Source: an uncultured Candidatus Saccharibacteria bacterium
GTDB lineage: Bacteria; Patescibacteriota; Minisyncoccia; Phycocordibacterales; UBA9973
DNA: 39,106 bases
Direction of reading: 5' to 3'
NCBI GenBank assembly: GCA_964611515.1
Contig: CAZTAH010000002.1
Location: 14,390-53,495, forward strand
This document shows positions 25,356-34,341 of the stretch, in pieces (within the stretch, counting starts at the first letter, position 1; each line of letters opens with the position of its first letter). The notes beneath the pieces are model-generated. The model was not told where the DNA came from and did not search any database. It was given only the letters and a program-made list of their open reading frames with translations. Position numbers and translations under genes: made by a program.

Positions 25356-26100
25356 TTCTTTTCGTTACTACAACCTAAGAACACCTAACTTTGAAGGCCC
25401 ATTAGAATTACTTTTATCTCTAATTGAGGAGAGAAAGTTTTTTGTTAATGAGATCTCTTTGGCTGAAGTAACTAATGATTATCTGGCTTATATGAAGAAC
25501 CTGAAAGACTTAGATGAGGAAAAAAAGATAGAAAATATTTCTTCCTTCATCCTAACTGCTGCCACTCTTATGTTAATTAAATCTAGATCATTGCTACCAA
25601 GCATGACCCTAACAAAAGAGGAGAAAGAAAATATTAGTGATCTAGAGCTAAGGTTAAAGCTATATGAAATCATTAAAAAAGCTAGTGTTAATATTAAAAA
25701 CAATTTTGGTGAAAAAATAATATTTAGCCCACAGGAGAGAATCTGGAGTATCCCTATTTTCTCAGCTACCCCTGCTGTTAATAAAGAAAACCTAGCTAAT
25801 CTTATTAGTAATTTAATGGTTAAGGTTCCTAAAAAAGAAAAAGTTCCGGAGGTTGAAATTAAAAACATAATTAAGATAGAAGAAGTAATAGACGACCTTA
25901 CTAATAGAGCACAAAAAGCCCTCCAGTTATCCTTTAAAGAATTCTCTAAGTCCAGAAAAACAGAAACAAGAGAGGAGGCAAAAGTGAATGTTATCATTTC
26001 CTTTTTGGCTATGTTAGAATTAATTAGAGAAGGAGTGATAGAGGTCATGCAGAATTCTGTTTATGATGACATTAAAATTAATTCTTTAGAGAAAGCATAA
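25348..26100 (+). CDS. scpA: Segregation and condensation protein A
   Basis: FEGPLELLLSLIEERKFFVNEISLAEVTNDYL signature; followed by scpB. Confidence 0.88.
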   Translation: MTDSFRYYNLRTPNFEGPLELLLSLIEERKFFVNEISLAEVTNDYLAYMKNLKDLDEEKKIENISSFILTAATLMLIKSRSLLPSMTLTKEEKENISDLELRLKLYEIIKKASVNIKNNFGEKIIFSPQERIWSIPIFSATPAVNKENLANLISNLMVKVPKKEKVPEVEIKNIIKIEEVIDDLTNRAQKALQLSFKEFSKSRKTETREEAKVNVIISFLAMLELIREGVIEVMQNSVYDDIKINSLEKA

Positions 26101-26101
26101 A

Positions 26102-26641
26102 ATGAAACTAGAGGCTAAAATAGAAGGGCTGTTGTTTTATAAAGGAGAGGCAATGGAAATCAAAGAAATTGCTAAGCTTTTAGAGTCTCCTGTTCCTGAA
26201 ATTGAAAAAAGTCTTAGTCTTCTTGAGAATTCTTTAGTAGAAAGAGGGTTGGTTCTAGTTAGAAAAGATAACTCTGTTGTATTAGGTGTTTCTTCAGAAC
26301 TAAGCTCCTTAATTGAAGAAATAAGAAAAGAAGAGCTAGGCAAGGAATTGAGTAAATCATCCCTTGAGGCTTTGTCTGTTATTTTATATAAAAACGGAGT
26401 AACAAGAAGTGAGGTTGATTATATTAGGGGAGTTAACTCTAGTTTTATCATAAGAAGCTTATTGGTTAGAGGTTTAATAGAAAAAACAGTAGATCCAAAA
26501 GATAATCGTCGCTTCCTATATCGTCCTACTTTTGAAACCTTGTCTTATATGGGCATAACCTCTATTGATCAACTGCCTAACTATGAAAAAGTTAGAGAAG
26601 AATTAGAAGAAACTTTAATTACAGGAAAAGCAAATGACTAA
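26102..26641 (+). CDS. scpB: Segregation and condensation protein B
   Basis: IEGLLFYKGE..., SLEALSVILYKNGVTRSEVDYIRGVNS, LLVRGLIE winged-helix pair. Confidence 0.88.
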   Translation: MKLEAKIEGLLFYKGEAMEIKEIAKLLESPVPEIEKSLSLLENSLVERGLVLVRKDNSVVLGVSSELSSLIEEIRKEELGKELSKSSLEALSVILYKNGVTRSEVDYIRGVNSSFIIRSLLVRGLIEKTVDPKDNRRFLYRPTFETLSYMGITSIDQLPNYEKVREELEETLITGKAND

Positions 26642-27707
26642 TGCTATAAAAATTTTCTTACCTGCTTTGGTTTCCTTTGTTATAGGTATCCTTTTGACTC
26701 CACTAGCTACTCATTATTTCTATAAATATAAGATGTGGAGACGAACTAATAGAAGTGATAATATCTCTGAAGATGCGGAAGATAAAGAAATAGTAGAAAG
26801 GTTCTCTAAAATAAGTGACAAAAAAGCAGAAAGGTCCACTCCTAGAGTAGGGGGGATGATTGTTTGGATTTCTGTTATTTTAACTGTCGCTGTTTTCTTG
26901 ATTGTAAATTATTTTTTAAGTAATGAGATGTCTAGTAAGCTAGATTTTATTAGCAGAGATCAAACCTTATTGCCATTTTTTACCTTAATAATGGGATCTC
27001 TTGTTGGTTTGGCTGATGATTTTCTCCAAATTTTTAGCAAAGGAAAGTGGTGTTCGGACCCATTAATTTTAAGATATTTAAAAATAGGAATTATATTATT
27101 GATAGGTCTAGTAATAGGATCATGGTTTTATTTTAAACTAGGAGTCACCGGTGTCCATGTCCCTTGGTTTGGATTTGTGAACTTAAGCTTCTTGTTTATT
27201 CCTTTTTTCATTTTAGTTATGCTTGCTCTTTGGTCCTCTAGTGTGATTGATGGTATAGATGGATTATCGGGAGGAGTATTGGCCTCTATTTTTATGGCAT
27301 ATACTTTAATAGCTTTTTTCAATAACCAATTAAATCTTGCTACTTTCTGCGGAGTTATTACAGGAGGCATTTTAGCTTTTCTTTGGTTCAATATTCCTCC
27401 GGCTAGATTTTATATGGGAGAAACTGGCACAATAGGACTAACCGTAACAATAGCTGTCTTGGCCTTTATGACTGACACGGTTCTTTTGTTGCCAATTATA
27501 GCCTTTCCTTTGTTTATCACATCCCTGTCTAATTTAATTCAAATTCTATCCTTTAAGCTACGAAAAGGAAAAAGGGTTTTTCTGTTAGCTCCTTTGCACC
27601 ATCACTTTGAAGCAAAAGGTTGGCCCAAGTACAAGGTTACTATGAGGTATTGGATTATAGGCATAATGTCTTCTGTTTTAGGAGTGATAATTTCTTTAAT
27701 AAGCTAA
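26634..27707 (+). CDS. mraY: Phospho-N-acetylmuramoyl-pentapeptide transferase
   Basis: Polytopic membrane protein with TPRVGG, GLADD, NLIDGIDGL-like (VIDGIDGL) and PLHHHFE motifs. Confidence 0.92.
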   Translation: MTNAIKIFLPALVSFVIGILLTPLATHYFYKYKMWRRTNRSDNISEDAEDKEIVERFSKISDKKAERSTPRVGGMIVWISVILTVAVFLIVNYFLSNEMSSKLDFISRDQTLLPFFTLIMGSLVGLADDFLQIFSKGKWCSDPLILRYLKIGIILLIGLVIGSWFYFKLGVTGVHVPWFGFVNLSFLFIPFFILVMLALWSSSVIDGIDGLSGGVLASIFMAYTLIAFFNNQLNLATFCGVITGGILAFLWFNIPPARFYMGETGTIGLTVTIAVLAFMTDTVLLLPIIAFPLFITSLSNLIQILSFKLRKGKRVFLLAPLHHHFEAKGWPKYKVTMRYWIIGIMSSVLGVIISLIS

Positions 27708-28843
27708 TGGGGAAAAAGCACAAGATAGACAAATTTTTCTTTTGGACTGTAATGATTTTAATTATTATGGGTTTGGTTTTTTTTGTTTCTGCTTCTCTTG
27801 GTGTTCTTGCCACAAATTTAAAAGAGTTTAAAAGTATTCTTTTTAATCAATTAGTACTTGGTTTTCTTGGGGGACTAGTAGCTATGTTTATAGCTTATAA
27901 AATCCCTTATAAATTCTTTAGAAAATATGCTTTTGTTTTTTTTATTTTGTCCTTAATCCTAACTGCCTTAACTTTATTTCCAGAGATTGGAGTAGTTTAT
28001 GGTGGAGGAAGAAGGTGGTTGTCTATTCTTGGTGTCTCCTTTCAGCCAGTTGAATTATTGAAAATAGGTTTTATTCTCTATTTAGCTTCTTGGTTGTCTT
28101 TAGTTAAAAGCAGGGTCAAAAACCCTCTGTACAGTATATTACCGCTAATTATTTCTTTAGGACTGGTTGCTTTTATCTTAATCAAACAGCCTGATACTAA
28201 AAATATTCTATTACTTTTATTCACCGGTACTGTAATGTTATTTGTTTCAGGAGTTCCTCTTAGATACCTAATAGGTGTTTTTGGCTTAATAGGAGCAATT
28301 TTAGTTGGTATTATTTATATGCCGAACTCCCAATTTGGTTATATAAAAAATAGAATAAACACTTATCGTAATCCTAGCCAAGATGTTCTAGGTGATTCTT
28401 GGCAAGTAACCCAATCTAGATATGCATTGGGGTCGGGGGGGATTTGGGGAAAGGGATTGGGGCAAAGTATTCAAAAATTTAAATATTTACCAGAGCCTCA
28501 AGGAGATTCTATTTTTGCTGTAATTGGAGAGGAGGCCGGGTTTATTGGAATCACTCTTGTCATCTGTTTGTATTTAATTTTTGCTCTAAGGGGGTATAGA
28601 ATATCAACAAAAAGGGCCCCGGATTCATTCTCTAAACTACTGGTGGTGGGTTTTGTTACAATCATAACTGCCCAGTCTTTTATGAACATGGCCGCCATAA
28701 GTGGAGTAATACCGTTGACCGGAGTTCCTTTAGTTTTTATCTCTCATGGAGGAACAGCCTTATTCTTATCTATGGCAATGATAGGAATTATTTTAAATAT
28801 TTCTCAATATAAGGAAGGAACACGAGTGGCTAAAAGACTATAA
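27707..28843 (+). CDS. ftsW: SEDS-family peptidoglycan glycosyltransferase FtsW
   Basis: QPVELLKI, the GQS...YLPEPQGDSIFAVIGEE.G motif, polytopic. Sits between mraY and murG. TAATG overlap; ATG at 27707 is preferred over 27620. Confidence 0.88.
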   Translation: MGKKHKIDKFFFWTVMILIIMGLVFFVSASLGVLATNLKEFKSILFNQLVLGFLGGLVAMFIAYKIPYKFFRKYAFVFFILSLILTALTLFPEIGVVYGGGRRWLSILGVSFQPVELLKIGFILYLASWLSLVKSRVKNPLYSILPLIISLGLVAFILIKQPDTKNILLLLFTGTVMLFVSGVPLRYLIGVFGLIGAILVGIIYMPNSQFGYIKNRINTYRNPSQDVLGDSWQVTQSRYALGSGGIWGKGLGQSIQKFKYLPEPQGDSIFAVIGEEAGFIGITLVICLYLIFALRGYRISTKRAPDSFSKLLVVGFVTIITAQSFMNMAAISGVIPLTGVPLVFISHGGTALFLSMAMIGIILNISQYKEGTRVAKRL

Positions 28844-28893
28844 ATAAGCTATAATTAAAGGGTTAAAAATTATTTAATTTAATTACTTAAACA

Positions 28894-30027
28894 ATGAAAA
28901 TACTATTAACAGGTGGAGGAACTGGAGGTCATTTTTATCCCTTAATTGCGATTGCTGAAAAATTAACTGAGTTGGCAGATAGGGAAAAAATTATAGACTT
29001 AAAGCTGTACTATATGTCTGACTCTCCTTATGATAAAAAGATGCTCTATGAAAATAGGATAACCTTTGTTCAGATACCAGCTGGAAAAATGAGAATATAT
29101 TTCTCTGTTAAGAATATCTTTGATGTGTTCAAGACTGCTATGGGTGCATTTTTTGGATTAATTTCTATGTTTTTTATTTTCCCAGATGTAGTTATTTCCA
29201 AGGGAGGATATGCTGCTTTTCCTGCTGTTTTTGCTGCCAGGTTTTTTAAAATTCCAATTATAGTTCATGAGTCAGACTCTTTTCCTGGTAGAATGAATTC
29301 TTGGAGTGCTAAGTTTGCTTACAGGGTAGCTGTTTCTTGGCCTGAGGCAGCTGAATTTTTACCAAAAGAAAAAACAGCTTTAACAGGACAACCAATTAGG
29401 AAAGAAATTCTCCACGGAGACCCCCATGGAGCACATGAATACTTTGGTCTTAATGATGAAATACCTGTTATTTTAGTTCTGGGAGGATCTCAGGGAGCTG
29501 AAACCATAAATAACTTAATTGTTGATAATTTACCAGAACTACTTTCTAAATACCAAATAATACACCAAACAGGTCCAGGAGAAAAGTATGAGGAAGCTCG
29601 GTCTAGGGCTGATTTCTTAATGGAAAATAATCCAGACATAAGAAAATATTATCCTGCTCCTTTTTTAAATAATTTAGGATACAGAAAAGCTGCTGGTTGT
29701 GCTGATTTAATAGTCTCTAGGGCTGGTTCTTCTATTTTTGAAATAGCTTCTTGGGGCATTCCGTCTATTCTTATCCCTATTACGAACTCTAATGGAGATC
29801 ATCAAAGAAAAAATGCTTATAATTATGCAAGATCAGGAGCCTCTAAGGTAATAGAGGAAAATAACTTAAGTTCAAAACTTTTTCTCTTAGAGATAGATAA
29901 AATTCTCTCTTCGGAACAAAGAATGTCAGAAATGAAAGAGAGCGCTCTATCTTTTGCTGACCACTCTGCTGCAGAAAAGATAGCACGAGAGGGTTTAGAT
30001 ATTGCTATTTCTCACTATGATCAATAA
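28894..30027 (+). CDS. murG: UDP-N-acetylglucosamine--N-acetylmuramyl-(pentapeptide) pyrophosphoryl-undecaprenol GlcNAc transferase
   Basis: TGGGTGGHFYPLIA, GGSQGA, SRAGSSIFE. Confidence 0.92.
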   Translation: MKILLTGGGTGGHFYPLIAIAEKLTELADREKIIDLKLYYMSDSPYDKKMLYENRITFVQIPAGKMRIYFSVKNIFDVFKTAMGAFFGLISMFFIFPDVVISKGGYAAFPAVFAARFFKIPIIVHESDSFPGRMNSWSAKFAYRVAVSWPEAAEFLPKEKTALTGQPIRKEILHGDPHGAHEYFGLNDEIPVILVLGGSQGAETINNLIVDNLPELLSKYQIIHQTGPGEKYEEARSRADFLMENNPDIRKYYPAPFLNNLGYRKAAGCADLIVSRAGSSIFEIASWGIPSILIPITNSNGDHQRKNAYNYARSGASKVIEENNLSSKLFLLEIDKILSSEQRMSEMKESALSFADHSAAEKIAREGLDIAISHYDQ

Positions 30028-31498
30028 AGACAAAAAAATAGTAACTAGATTTGCTCCTTCTCCAACAGGATTTTTACATATTGGAGGAATAAGAACTGCT
30101 CTTTATGCTTGGCTTTGGGCAAGAAAAAATAATGGAGAATTTATTCTCAGGATAGAAGACACCGACAAAGAAAGAGAAGTGGAGGGGTCTGTTGAGCACA
30201 TAATGAAATCCCTATCTTGGTTAGGGGTATCCTGGGATAAGGGTCCTGACAAACAGGAGAAAGATATGTCTTATATTCAATCTGAAAGACTAGATGTTTA
30301 TAAAAAATATGGGCAAAAACTAATAGACAAAGGATTTGCTTATGCAGACCCATATACACCAGAAGAGGTGGCTTCTTTTAGAGAAAGAGCTGAGCTTGAA
30401 AAAAAACCATTTTTATACAGGGATCACCGTCCATTAAATCCGCCTGCTTGGGATGGGACTACTCCTCTTCGTTTTAAAACCCCTATCAAGAAATATGAGT
30501 GGAGTGATGTTGTCCGAGGAAAGCTAGGAGCAGGAGAAGAAGCATTGGATGACATAATTTTAATTAAAAGTGATGGTTACCCTACTTACAACTTTGCTCA
30601 CATAGTAGATGACTATGAAATGGGAGTAACTCATATCATGAGAGCAGATGAATTTATTTCTTCTACTCCTAAATTTTTAGCTTTATATGAGGCTCTGGAT
30701 ATAGAAAGACCTGAAATAGTAACTCTTCCCCCTATTTTAGGTAAGGGAGGAAATAAGAAATTAAGCAAAAGAGACGGTGCTAAAGATTTTCTTGAATATA
30801 AAAAAGAAGGATACTTGCCCTCAGCTATGATGAATTTTCTAGTATTAATAGGATGGAACCCAGGAGGAGAGAAAGAGATATTCACACCGGAAGATCTGAT
30901 AAAATTATTTAAATTAGAGCAAATACAGATAAGTGGAGGTCAGTATAATTTAGAAAAACTGGACTGGATAAACCATGAACACTTAAAAGATTTAACATTA
31001 GAGGAACAAGAAAATTATATTATCTCTTTTATTCCGAAAAAAATTAAAAAACTTGAAAAGTATGAAGAAAATATTGCTAGGAAAATAACTCCATTATTAA
31101 TTGAGAGGATAAAAAAAGGATCTGATCTTGAAGACATGGATGAAAAAGGAGAATTGTCTTATTTTTTTGAAGATCCAGAATATGACAAAGATGGCTTATT
31201 TTTCAAGTCTACTAAAATACCTCAGGGTGATAAATATAAAACGCTATCTATTTATTTAGAGAAATTGATAAATATCCTTTCCTCTTTGGAAGAAAAAGAT
31301 TTTATGAAAGAAAAAATAAAAGAAAAAGTTTGGCCTTTGGCTGAGGAAGTTGGAGTGGGGGATCTCCTGTGGCCAATGAGATATGCTTTGTCGGGATTAG
31401 ACAAATCACCAGACCCGTTTGAGCTATCTGAAATTTTAGGAAAAGAAAAAAGTATATACAGAATAAACAAGGCAATTCAAAAAATAAAAATGTTATAA
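30017..31498 (+). CDS. gltX: Glutamate--tRNA ligase
   Basis: RFAPSPTGFLHIGG (HIGH), KLSKRDG (KMSKS-type). ATG at 30017 is preferred over the TTG at 30002. Confidence 0.93.
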   Translation: MINKDKKIVTRFAPSPTGFLHIGGIRTALYAWLWARKNNGEFILRIEDTDKEREVEGSVEHIMKSLSWLGVSWDKGPDKQEKDMSYIQSERLDVYKKYGQKLIDKGFAYADPYTPEEVASFRERAELEKKPFLYRDHRPLNPPAWDGTTPLRFKTPIKKYEWSDVVRGKLGAGEEALDDIILIKSDGYPTYNFAHIVDDYEMGVTHIMRADEFISSTPKFLALYEALDIERPEIVTLPPILGKGGNKKLSKRDGAKDFLEYKKEGYLPSAMMNFLVLIGWNPGGEKEIFTPEDLIKLFKLEQIQISGGQYNLEKLDWINHEHLKDLTLEEQENYIISFIPKKIKKLEKYEENIARKITPLLIERIKKGSDLEDMDEKGELSYFFEDPEYDKDGLFFKSTKIPQGDKYKTLSIYLEKLINILSSLEEKDFMKEKIKEKVWPLAEEVGVGDLLWPMRYALSGLDKSPDPFELSEILGKEKSIYRINKAIQKIKML

Positions 31499-32802
31499 TG
31501 CGTTCATATATGAAAAAGATTACTACTGGTTTAATATTGCTCTCTCTTAGTGTTTTTTCTCTGGCTCCTGTGGGGGCTACTTTTGCTCAGCAAAACTTAA
31601 ACCAACAAATACAGAATATTAACTCAGAGATGAGAAATGTTAACAGAAAGATTGAGGAGATTGAGAAAGAGATTAAGTTTCTTAGTTCTCAATTGGCTGA
31701 AACAGCAGAAGAGAGAAAAACTCTTTCTTCAGCTGTACAAGAGTTAAATATTACTAGAAACCAACTTTTGAAAGAAAAAGAATTAATACAAAACAAAATA
31801 CAAATAACTGAATATTCCATACAAGACATCTCCTCTAGTATTTTAAGAAAAGAGGATGTAATTGATGTTTCTAAAAACTCTCTTTCTGAATTAATTAGAA
31901 ACTTAAACAGAAATGACAGCTCTTCTTTGGTTGAAAAGCTCCTATCAATAGACGATTTATCTGAATTAAGTCGTTACTATAATAGTATTTTAAAAATAAA
32001 TGAAAAAATAAAAGATACCATACAGTCCTTATCTGATGAAAAATATAAATTAAAAATAGATAAGCTAAGAAAAGAGGAGGAACAAGAAAGCCTTAATGTT
32101 CTTAAAAACAATCTTAGTCAAAAAGAACAAGTAATCAATGTCACAAAAAAAGAAAAAGATGAGCTTTTGAATAAGACTAAAAATGATGAATTGGCTTATC
32201 AAAGAATGCTAGAAGAGCAACTGAAACTGAAGAATGAGTTTGAAAAAGAGTTACAAGAATATGAATCTCAGTTAGAATTTATTTTAAACCCAAAAAGCAT
32301 ACCGAAGGCTGGATCAGAAGTCTTATCTTGGCCATTAGAAAGCATTTTGATAACCTCGCCATTTGGAGAAAGATGGGGGAGTTTCCACTATGGAGTAGAC
32401 TTTAGAGCTTCAGTTGGAACCCCAGTAAAATCAGTATATTCAGGAGTGGTGGAAGGAGTGGGGGACACAGACACAGATTGCCCGAAAGCTTCTTTTGGAA
32501 AGTGGGTATTCATAAGACACAGCAATGGACTATCATCTACATATGGTCATTTATCTGTTATTTCCGTTAAGGAGGGTCAAAAAATTAAAACTGGAGACAT
32601 TATAGGATTGTCCGGAAACACAGGATATTCCACAGGTCCTCATTTGCATCTTTCTGTTTATGCTTCTGATGGAGTCAGTGTTCAGACTAAGCCTAGCTTA
32701 AGTTGTGCTGGAAAAATATTTACACAACCAATAGCAGCAACTGAAGCACACTTAGATCCTTTGCTTTATTTACCAAGGACTACACCAAGTATGTTTAAGT
32801 AG
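31498..32802 (+). CDS. Secreted coiled-coil M23 (LytM) metallopeptidase, EnvC-like
   Basis: Signal-like N-terminus, long heptad-rich region, HYGVDFRA...GHLS...TGPHLHLSVY M23 zinc motifs. An alternative start lies at 31510. Confidence 0.88.
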   Translation: MRSYMKKITTGLILLSLSVFSLAPVGATFAQQNLNQQIQNINSEMRNVNRKIEEIEKEIKFLSSQLAETAEERKTLSSAVQELNITRNQLLKEKELIQNKIQITEYSIQDISSSILRKEDVIDVSKNSLSELIRNLNRNDSSSLVEKLLSIDDLSELSRYYNSILKINEKIKDTIQSLSDEKYKLKIDKLRKEEEQESLNVLKNNLSQKEQVINVTKKEKDELLNKTKNDELAYQRMLEEQLKLKNEFEKELQEYESQLEFILNPKSIPKAGSEVLSWPLESILITSPFGERWGSFHYGVDFRASVGTPVKSVYSGVVEGVGDTDTDCPKASFGKWVFIRHSNGLSSTYGHLSVISVKEGQKIKTGDIIGLSGNTGYSTGPHLHLSVYASDGVSVQTKPSLSCAGKIFTQPIAATEAHLDPLLYLPRTTPSMFK

Positions 32803-32837
32803 TTTTTTTTATTATTAATTATTAATATATAAATAAT

Positions 32838-33767
32838 ATGGAAGAAAGAAGAAGAGGGCCTAGATTACAAATAAGATTAGGGGGACTAGTTGTTTTAGTC
32901 ATTGTAGCCTTAGTGCTATTTAAAGTAGACCTCAAGGAAAAAATACAATCAGAAAAATTTCAACAAAATATAGAATATGTTAAAGGTTATGTTTCTGATT
33001 TTTGGGAAAAAATAACTCGTCCTATTAGGGAAAAAATAGGGGACAAGGTTGAAGAATATACAGAAGATCAGTTGGGAAAAATACAGGAGGGAATAAAAAA
33101 GGGTGTCTTAAATCTAATAGATAAAGAAGAAGGGGAGGAGGAAGAAGTAAAAAAAAAGACAAAAATAGAGAATAGGGAAACAGAAGACAGGGAGGATGGG
33201 GAAAAGGACGACAAGACAAAAGCAGAATCAAAGGAAGGGGGAGAAAAAGATAATCAAGAAAAAGAAGGTGATAACACAGAAGAAGACGATGAAGAGAGCG
33301 GTGGGAATATGGAAGAAGATATCTCTTTCGAAAAAGCTATAGAAGATTTTATTAAAGACTCATTTCAAAGACAGTCTAAATTAAGCGAGTACCTGCTTAC
33401 CTGTTCTCCTTATGAAGACTCTTTTCCCACTCCTTTCTCTTCAATTTTTATTAAAAAAGAAATTAAGGGAATAGTGGAAAATAAGTGTATATATCAGGAT
33501 GAAATTATTGGTCAATATAAAATAAAATGTGAGCTTGCAGAAGATCAGAGAGTGAATCTCGCTAAGTTCTTTAATAAGATATCACTATCTGATTCTATTG
33601 ATTCTAGCTATCGGGTTAGTTTATTAAGTGGTGATAGCACAAGCAAGATAGTAGTTGACGGGGAAGAAGTGGTTGACTATTATAATCAGTTTTTGCAAGA
33701 CGGAACATGCTCTGTCTTTTTCTACGATGATGAACCCGAGGATATTTATTATGATTTTACTTTTTAG
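32838..33767 (+). CDS. Membrane-anchored protein with a highly acidic low-complexity linker and a Cys-containing C-terminal domain; unknown function
   Basis: TM segment LGGLVVLVIVALVLF, an E/D/K-rich tract (roughly aa 95-160), four Cys in the C-terminal domain. Confidence 0.5.
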   Translation: MEERRRGPRLQIRLGGLVVLVIVALVLFKVDLKEKIQSEKFQQNIEYVKGYVSDFWEKITRPIREKIGDKVEEYTEDQLGKIQEGIKKGVLNLIDKEEGEEEEVKKKTKIENRETEDREDGEKDDKTKAESKEGGEKDNQEKEGDNTEEDDEESGGNMEEDISFEKAIEDFIKDSFQRQSKLSEYLLTCSPYEDSFPTPFSSIFIKKEIKGIVENKCIYQDEIIGQYKIKCELAEDQRVNLAKFFNKISLSDSIDSSYRVSLLSGDSTSKIVVDGEEVVDYYNQFLQDGTCSVFFYDDEPEDIYYDFTF

Positions 33768-33853
33768 TAAATAATAGATACCACATAAAAAAGATAATGT
33801 AATTGATAAATTGTCAGAATTATGTAATAATTTTTAGGAAATTTACATAATTT

Positions 33854-33935
33854 GCCCGAGTGGCGGAAACGGTATACGCGCACGACTTAAAATCGTGTCT
33901 CGAAAGGGGTGTGGGTTCGATTCCCACCTCGGGCA
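33854..33935 (+). tRNA. tRNA-Leu (anticodon UAA), type II with a long variable arm; no encoded CCA
   Basis: Hand fold: acceptor GCCCGAG/CTCGGGC, D stem GCG/CGC, anticodon stem CACGA/TCGTG with loop CTTAAAA, variable arm TCTCGAAAGGGGT, T arm GTGGG-TTCGATT-CCCAC, discriminator A. Confidence 0.93.
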
Positions 33936-33950
33936 CAAAAGCGTGAGTTT

Positions 33951-33978
33951 AAATAGAGCAAATTTATTTGCTCTATTT
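33951..33978 (+). terminator. Hairpin terminator after tRNA-Leu
   Basis: The 28-nt near-perfect palindrome AAATAGAGCAAATTTATTTGCTCTATTT pairs at 13 of 14 positions and ends in a T-run. Confidence 0.55.
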
Positions 33979-33980
33979 CG

Positions 33981-34022
33981 CTAGGGGTAACAAGACTGAC
34001 GGCCGTCCACTTCGTTACCCCC
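33981..34022. repeat. GC-rich imperfect palindrome, copy B of the REP-like element
   Basis: CTAG-GGGTAACAAGACTGACGGCCGTCCACTTCGTTACCCCC: 8-bp outer arms GGGGTAAC/GTTACCCC around a central GACGGCCGTC. Matches the reverse complement of 1..37. Confidence 0.7.
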
Positions 34023-34040
34023 ATAAAACAATATCTCTAT

Positions 34041-34114
34041 TAGCGGTGAAGACATTGGTGTGGGGACAGGCCTGCCTGCGCCTGTTAATTTTTAACCTTG
34101 TATTACAAGGGCCT
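34041..34114 (+). ncRNA. Candidate structured small RNA or RNA element (GC-rich island with two hairpins); family unknown
   Basis: ACAGGC-ctgcctgc-GCCTGT (34066..34085) followed by TAATTTTT. CCTTGT-att-ACAAGG at 34096..34110. No ORF. G+C is locally well above the surroundings. Confidence 0.25.
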
Positions 34115-34230
34115 ATTTATACTTAAAGTATGCGATAGCAGATATTGAGCATGAAATGAAAACTTGTTAAATAAAAGTAAACACATAATATCTATAACCT
34201 GAGTCATGGATTAAGTTGTGTGTGTCTATC

Positions 34231-34258
34231 TTGACAAGAGGGTTCTCTCTATTAAATA
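34231..34258 (+). promoter_or_regulatory. Promoter-like element about 85 nt upstream of gatB
   Basis: Consensus TTGACA (34231..34236), 16 nt, TAAATA (34253..34258). Confidence 0.4.
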
Positions 34259-34326
34259 ATTCCGTACTTAAGGATTAGTTTTTGTTACCCAAAATACCCC
34301 TTGCCCTAGAACCATCCTTTAAATTT

Positions 34327-34335
34327 TGCTATACT
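34327..34335 (+). promoter_or_regulatory. Extended -10 (TGcTATACT) 6 nt upstream of the gatB ATG
   Basis: Read directly at 34327..34335. Confidence 0.4.
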
Positions 34336-34341
34336 TCTTTC

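Noticed and set aside
1-34022. The 34-kb segment bounded by the inverted GC-rich repeats as a mobile element, prophage or genomic island.
   Set aside because: The content is core housekeeping (ribosomal proteins, rpoA, dnaK/J, dnaB, aaRS genes, mraY/ftsW/murG). There is no integrase, transposase or phage gene. The repeats are about 40-bp palindromes better explained as dispersed REP-like elements.
34041-34114. GC-rich island as SRP (4.5S) RNA, tmRNA, RNase P RNA, 6S RNA or a T-box leader for gatB.
   Set aside because: No GGAA tetraloop or AGCA domain IV motif, no tRNA-like 3' end with a resume codon, no GGAAAGUCC P4 element, and no T-box AAUUAGGGUGGUACCGCG-like sequence is seen on either strand. 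It is kept only as an unclassified candidate.
8890-34341. Longer N-terminal extensions given by the ORF track: infA 8890, rpsD 10167, rplU 20225, trpS 22707, ftsW 27620, gltX 30002, gatB 34282.
   Set aside because: The extensions start at TTG or at upstream ATGs overlapping the preceding gene, and they add non-conserved residues. An internal ATG restores the canonical family N-terminus and typical gene junctions (TAATG or short gaps).
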